Assembly: GCA_032718475.1 (NCBI GenBank) | Contig: JAUCBJ010005223.1 | Coordinates: 1 to 56,171 of the forward strand | Direction: 5' to 3' | DNA: 56,171 nt | Origin: Nemertoderma westbladi | Taxonomy: Eukaryota; Animalia; Xenacoelomorpha | In this document: in pieces, positions 49,606 to 56,171 of the stretch | Numbering within the stretch: the first letter of the stretch is position 1 | Layout of the letters: each line of letters starts with the position of its first letter | The notes under the pieces: model-generated | The model's input: only the letters and a program-made list of their open reading frames with translations | Databases searched by the model: none | Told to the model about the DNA's origin: nothing | Translations under genes and position numbers: made by a program

Positions 49606-51941
49606 CTGTTTGGGCATAGTGCTTTAAATGCAGCAACAAAGGTCAACACAGGTTTTTATCTATTAGTGGTCGATGTCGATGTTTTAGATGCAACATTGCT
49701 TAACCTATGGCATTTCCTACGAGATGACTTCATTATAAACCAGACAATATACCTTTATATAACTTCATTATAAACCAGACAATATACATTAATATAGCTT
49801 TGCTTGTGTTGACATGTCATTATGCACCACCCAATATTTGTATTATTAATATACACCACATTGAATGAAATACATATTTATGGAAAGTTATGCATATTTA
49901 TGTAAACTTGAGGATTTCCTATATAAGTTCCGTAGTGTTTCATATGGAATTATATTATTATTTTATTATTAATATTGAACATAAAGATTCCTACTTGGAG
50001 TTTACATAGCAAGTCTAGAGGGAGAGTTAGAGGGATTTATAGATAGGTTGAGCTGTAGAGTAGATCTACAGTGGTTAAAGTAAATACATCTAACTATTTT
50101 ATTAATTTTTCTCCTTAAGTAATTAGTGTAGTAGAATGTGCACTACCCCCTAGTATAATGCCGTAATTGAGATAGGGATGTATTCGAGTGAAATATAGTT
50201 GCCTAATGATGTATAGCGGTAATACATGTAGTTTGTAAAATATACTTGCGGTTATATAAATTTTAGACAGTATATATTTTCTGTGGGTTTGCCGTTAAGT
50301 GCTGGTGCAGCAACTTAGATTAGAGTATTATAGGACAAGCAGTTACCTGCGTATAAAGATATTGGATTGAAGGAGAAGGTATGGGAGGCTATAGCAAAAC
50401 ACCTGGCGACAGACAGTGAGTAAATTATAGTTTCACAATTAATATTTAAAAATCCCACTCTCCTTCTTATTGCTTTTGAACCTTGATGCATCTGCTTTAA
50501 CGCGTCCGCGTTGTTTGGGGCTCCCCCCTTAATGATACTAGCTGTTGTGGGCGGAAAAGAAGCTCTTATAGCAAAGTTATTCCTGATCGATTTCTACCTC
50601 CACCACTCCCGATCTCCCAAACTGACAAAGGTAACAATGATGCACTTTCTAATCATTTCTATTCTTGAACCTCGTGTTAATATCTAATATTTCGGAAATG
50701 CTACCAAATATTTCTCACAATGCCCTATGATTCCTACTGCCGTTTCATTCCCAGCAAACTTATTGACCGTGTACATTTTATTGTTATTGATTATACATGT
50801 CATTGGGTGGACATTTATTTTTCTTTTAAGGTTTTAAACTGTTATGGGATTAATCCCTATAGGCAATTCGACATCCCAAAAACATTATATCAGCCGTATA
50901 TATTCAGTAATTATCACCCTACAAAGAAGGGTACTGTTACCCTACAAAGATATTATGGTAGGTAAGTAGAAGACCGATTCTTAGCTATTCAGAATAGATA
51001 TTGCACTATTCAACATTAGATCAGATTCTCACTGAAAGAAGATACCTTGAAAATATTTCAAGAAGTCGCGGAACTATGAGTTGAAAATGAATACCTCAGA
51101 AAACAAAAATGACAATCTGGATATTGCTTCAGGATATTGTCCAGGTCCACCTGAAGTGAGATACCAGTTACATTATCTTCTCAGTTTTCATCTGTAACGG
51201 AGAAATCATGGTCAAACATGATACAAATTAGAAACCGATTCGTGTCAGCTATCAAGCAGACATTGATGCCCTAACCACGCGTCATCCACACAGGCAGGCT
51301 CACTAATTCTCGCTCCAGCTCCATATTAAGATTGGTGACGCCTAATCAACCTTGCTCCTACCTCGATGTATTCCCAACTAGCAATTCCTTCCTACCTAGC
51401 AAGGATGTTTTGACATCCGGATCTGTTAGTTAGACTTGATCTACTCCATTCATTCTGGCACCTGTACAATAATGAATACTAGAGTTGGACGTCTCTATAT
51501 CTCTACATCAATCAAGAAATATAAGTAACATTGTACAAGTCAGATATTTCAGTACAGTATTCAGCATTGCTTGTTTTCTAATTTCAAGTTTTTTTCTTTA
51601 ACTATTTTTCCCTCTCCATTTTACAGTATAAGATAACAATTGTAAGGAGCTCTAACTATATTTGTATGCAGTATGTGTATTATAATATCTAATATTCTAT
51701 GCTGTCACTGTCAGTTAGATTGTACTATATATACTGTACGTACATACATGTTGTATCATTAGATAGACTGTATATTGCATCATTGCAATATCCGTAATTA
51801 TCTTTCATATCTAGCTATTAGCTGGTCTATGTAATTACCTATATATATATATATAACCCCTACCCCCTTCCTATGCCCCACACAATACAATCGTGTTTTT
51901 TTCTGCTACTCGAGATTTGAACCCTCCGAATATAAATTTAG

Positions 51942-52132
51942 ATGCTTAAATTGAATATTCATTTTCATTTACCCTGCGGTTCATGTCTACTCTCATCCAA
52001 ACTTGTTGATGCTGTGCACTGCGGTACCGATGTTTACTGTATTCACTGTTATCCACTAAAATATCCATTTTGCTCTATAGAAATTAATGACCCAGATATT
52101 TTCCCAACTCCAGATGTTTTATCTGACTCAAA
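51942..52132 (+). pseudogene. RING-finger-like exon fragment in the foldback spacer
   Basis: CGSC-x10-CG..YCIHC..YPFC (Y could be a TGT>TAT change) between tttAG and a canonical GTAAGT at 52133; the RING His ligand is missing. Confidence 0.35.
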
Positions 52133-53036
52133 GTAAGTAAGTATCTGACAGATAACCAGTTAATGCCCCAAGTCCGCACTCATGTGAAGTGATGGCACCA
52201 CATAAGCTAAAGCTGAATAGCTAAGAATCGGTCTTCTACTTACCTACCATAATATCTTTGCGCTCAGTATCCCGTAATCAAACTAATGGTATTATGGTAT
52301 AATACAATGATATACCTCTCTCTCTCCCAGCTGGGCAAAAACACAATAATTGGTGGTCGCATAAGGATACCCCCATATATCCTACGTACACTAGGTAAGC
52401 AATATCTTATTTGCCCAATACAATTTACTGTATGACAAGATGATAGATTGTGCAACCATGTGACATCTCTTTGGTTTGGCCACTGGACCCACTGCTACTT
52501 GACCTTTGTAGGTAACAGTACCCTTCTTTGTGGGGTGATAATTACTGCCGTTATACGGCTGATATAATGTTTTTGGGGTGTCGAATTGCCTATAGGTTTA
52601 ATCCCATAACAGTTTAAAAGAAAAAAAAAGAAAAATATATGTCCACCCAATGACATGTATAATCAATAACAATAAAATGTACACGGTCAATAAGTTTGCT
52701 GGAATGAAACGGCCAGTGGGATCATAGGGCAGTGTGAGAAATATTTGGTAGCATTTCCGAAATATTAGATATTAACACGAGGTTCAAGAATAGAAATGAT
52801 TAGAAAGTGCACCTTTGTTACCTTTGTCAGTTTGGGAGATCGGGAGTGGTGGAGGTAGAAATCGATCAGGGATAACTTTGCTGTAAGAGCTTCTTTTCCG
52901 CCCGCAACAGATAGTATCATTAAGGGGGGAGCCCCAAACAACGCGGACGCGTTAAAGCGGATGCATCGAGCTTCAAAAGCAATAAGAAGGAGAGTGGGAT
53001 TTTTAAATATTAATTTTGAAACTATAATTTACTCAC

Positions 53037-53144
53037 TGTCGCCAGGTGTTTTGCTATAGCCTCCCATACCTTCTCCTTCAATCCAATATCTTTATACGCA
53101 GGTAACTGCTTGTCATATAATACTCTAAGTTGCTGCACCAGCAC
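53037..53144 (-). pseudogene. MADF/Myb-SANT-like domain N-terminal fragment (disrupted second copy at ~50299-50415, + strand)
   Basis: VLVQQLRVLYDKQLPAYKDIGLKEKVWEAIAKHLAT followed by a GTGAGT donor; fits the LYD..YKD..K..W..IA..L pattern. Confidence 0.65.
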
Positions 53145-53312
53145 TTAACTACAGCTGCAGTCCAGCATACACACTGACCAGAAACTAGACAGCAGACTGA
53201 CTACATGAAATACATATACACAACAATTTATCATTTCATCAGTATAATTAATTTTACAGTTATATTAATACTAATATATTAATACTGTACATAATACTAT
53301 TCGATATTGGCT

Positions 53313-53525
53313 TTGACGCGTGACGCGTCCGCAAGGGTTAGGGCTCCCCTCATAGACATAAAATGCATTCCATAATTTTGACGCGTCCGCAAAATAGGTC
53401 TGAGAGCTAAAATTATTTTGACTCGTCGGCGTGACTCTTTGGTTGGGGCTACTCTCATAGGAACCCATGCAACCTAGTTTATTATCTTTATGCGTGACGC
53501 ATCCTCGTTGGTTGGGACTCCCCCT
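53313..53525. repeat. Cluster of degenerate GACGCGTCCGC..GGGCTCCCC motifs
   Basis: About four copies; the same motif occurs inside the foldback arms at ~50500-50528 and ~52924-52952. Confidence 0.6.
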
Positions 53526-54396
53526 TTACACTTTACAACTTAGTCAAATATTGGCTCGTACAAACATGTTCTTTAAACAAGTATCAATGTGACATCACAA
53601 AACGGATGACCCCCAATCTCCCATGTCACAATTCGTCACCAAATCTGGGACCCCACCACCACTCCCCCCCCCCCCCCCCCCCCTAACGATGCGTGACATT
53701 ATGGTAATATTTTGCAGAATAACATTATAATAATAGCAATGCTGCTAATACATGACTGAGCAATATCTCGAGCTAACATGTGGGCCGCCTCTCATTTCAT
53801 ATAACATGAGTCTACCATGTGTTATAATTATTTCTTACAAACGAGATGTCTTTATTAATTACTTATTTATAAAGAATGTTGTCTATATCCAGTATAAATG
53901 TAAAAAAAGTACGGCATTGAAATATATAAATTATAATTTTGCCTTTCAGACTCCATTTATTAATTTATCTTTCAGACGCCTTTTATTAATTAGTTTAGTG
54001 ATGGTTGTCTGACCAGAGTGAATTACAGCTGTAAAATACAAAATATAATCTCCTTTCGCATTAGTAGGAGACTTTTTGACATTTTCAATCTAAAAAAAAT
54101 ACTGCAGCTAAATACTATAGCCATCCAGTCAAATATTTCATTTTAACATTTCAGGGCATTGCTTGTTATTTTTAATTATATAGGATTGTGATTGAAAATA
54201 TTCACTTTGTTTCGTGGTGTGTGCTTGAGTGGTCTTGAATTACTTTATTGCCATCAAGTTATTGCCATCTATATATTTTAATAATATTTTGATTTGGAAT
54301 TAAATTGTATGTCTTCGTTGTATAGTAAGCAAAATAATAACTATTCTACAGTTCAGCGGCTGCATAGCGCTCTTGCAGAAGCAGATGTTTGTACCT

Positions 54397-55281
54397 GTAC
54401 TGACTACTGTGGTGTCGGTACTGACTACTGTGGTGTCGGTACTTACTACTGTGGTGTCGGTACTGACTACTGTGGTGTCGGTACTGACTACTGTGGTGTC
54501 GGTACTGACTACTGTGGTGTCGGCACTTACTACTGTGGTGTCGGTACTGACTACTGTGGTGTCGGTACTGACTACTGTGGTGTCGGTACTGACTACTGTG
54601 GTGTCGGTACTGACTACTGTGGTGTAGGTACTGACTACTGTGGTGTCGGTACTGACTACTGTGGTGTCGGCACTTACTACTATGGTGTCGGTACTGACTG
54701 CTGTGGTGTCGGTACTGACTACTGTGGTGTCGGTACTGTCTACTGTGGTGTTGTTTCTGACTACTGTGGTGTCGGTACTGACTACTGTGGTGTCGGTACT
54801 GACTACTGTGGTGTTGGTACTGACTACTGTGGTGTCGGTACTGACTACTGTGGTGTCGGCACTTACTACTGTGGTGTCGGTACTGACTACTGTGGTGTCG
54901 GTACTGACTACTGTGGTGTCGGTACTGACTACTGTGGTGTTGGTACTGACTACTGTGGTGTCGGTACTGAATACTGTGGTGTCGGTACTGACTACTGTGG
55001 TGTCGGTACTGACTACTGTGGTGTCGGTACTGACTACTGTGGTGTCGGTACTGACTACTGTGGTGTTGGTACTGACTACTGTGGTGTCGGTACTGACTAC
55101 TGTGGTGTCGGTACTGACTACTGTGGTGTCGGTACTGACTACTGTGGTGTCGGTACTGACTACTGTGGTGTCGGTACTGACTACTGTGGTGTCGGTACTG
55201 ACTACTGTGGTGTCGGTACTGATTACTGTGGTGTCGGTACTGACTACTGTGGTGTCGGTACTGTCTACTGTGGCGTCGGTA
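54397..55281. repeat. 21-bp tandem minisatellite, ~42 copies
   Basis: Unit GGTACTGACTACTGTGGTGTC with substitutions but no indels; yields open frames GTDYCGV (+) and STDTTVV (-). Confidence 0.97.
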
Positions 55282-56171
55282 TAAAATATATATTTGTATT
55301 GCCTTGTCATACCTATATCATGATATGAAGTATAAAATAATATTTTTTCACAAACACTGTACATTTAGAATTTAAAGTGGTTGAATGTATCTGAATTGTA
55401 TTCATCCAATTATATATATTGTATAGAAAGGAACACGTTATAGAGAATTGAGGATGGAACCAAAAGATTAAGGGGGGGGGGGGTGTAGCACCCCCCTATT
55501 TTTGAAATTGACAAAAAAGTTTTTTTATTCTATCATGTGCCAAATTTAATTAAGATTTCAAATTTGCAAACAGTTTTCTCATATCTTTTTTCAAACTCAA
55601 GTTAAGTTATTACCCAAAACTTAAGAGCTAGTCTGATTTTTGAAAAGCCTTCGAGCAGCACTACATTTTACTTGTACGAGGCAGTTTTCATAAAAAAGGC
55701 TTTCACGGTACAGATATGAATAAAATTTTAATAAAAAAAAATAAAATAAAAAACGTTGTTTTTCTAGTTATCTGTTTTGCAAGCATGAAAAATTCACTCT
55801 GTATATATAAACATACATGTACATATATATATTATATATTTCGGAGTGCACCTATTGGAGCCTCTTTCATTTTATACTTATAGCCAAATTGTTGTATCCA
55901 TTTCCACATTGAATAAATTTACATATTATTGTAGTTCCAAGTAGTTCCGAATAGTAAGGGGACAGTGATTAAATAACAACAACATACCAACTCCATTTGC
56001 ATAAACTGAATAAATAAATTCCGGTTATCATCCATTCAATTGAGTGCATTATACATATATAAGTCCAACAGCGGAACAAACGAGATAATGGGATAATCCT
56101 ATCCCGCCCATGCTTCCCAAACTCATATATGATTAGTGTTTTTTTTTTGTACAACTGTGCAACATTAATTG

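Larger units (their letters stand above)
50294..53149. repeat. Large foldback: ~700-bp inverted arms around a ~1.2-kb spacer
   Basis: 50294-50949 is the reverse complement of 52504-53149 and 50945-50992 of 52213-52260; the right arm has an extra 52261-52503 segment flanked by CTTTG; TTAA sits at both outer ends. Confidence 0.92.

Noticed and set aside
54300-55364. Mucin gene (354 aa, minus strand)
   Set aside because: No signal peptide or flanking domains; openness follows from a stop-free 21-bp unit.

Overview
AT-rich eukaryotic (metazoan, probably invertebrate) DNA that is mostly a graveyard of nested transposable elements; nothing suggests a prokaryotic or phage origin, and no intact host gene, rRNA, true tRNA or CRISPR array can be supported. 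Retroelements: decayed LINEs of the L2, CR1/Crack-like, RTE and RTE-X-like types, tRNA-derived SINE fragments, and a short Penelope-type insert carrying a minimal hammerhead ribozyme fold. DNA elements: an internally deleted P-superfamily element (THAP domain, 221-bp TIRs, 8-bp TSD), a hAT (hATm-like) transposase pseudogene, two piggyBac-like non-autonomous copies with ~163-bp internal repeats, a Mutator-like foldback element and small MITEs. There are three tandem arrays (57, 19 and 21 bp units). The least explained signals are the hammerhead insert (38243-38396), a frameshifted cadherin-repeat exon lying inside a split LINE (42657-42843), a 2.9-kb foldback carrying MADF- and RING-like exon fragments (50294-53149), and a 57-bp array that may have grown out of a LINE endonuclease motif. 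All family assignments are by-eye motif recognition, not database hits, and I cannot claim a demonstrably new biological system.
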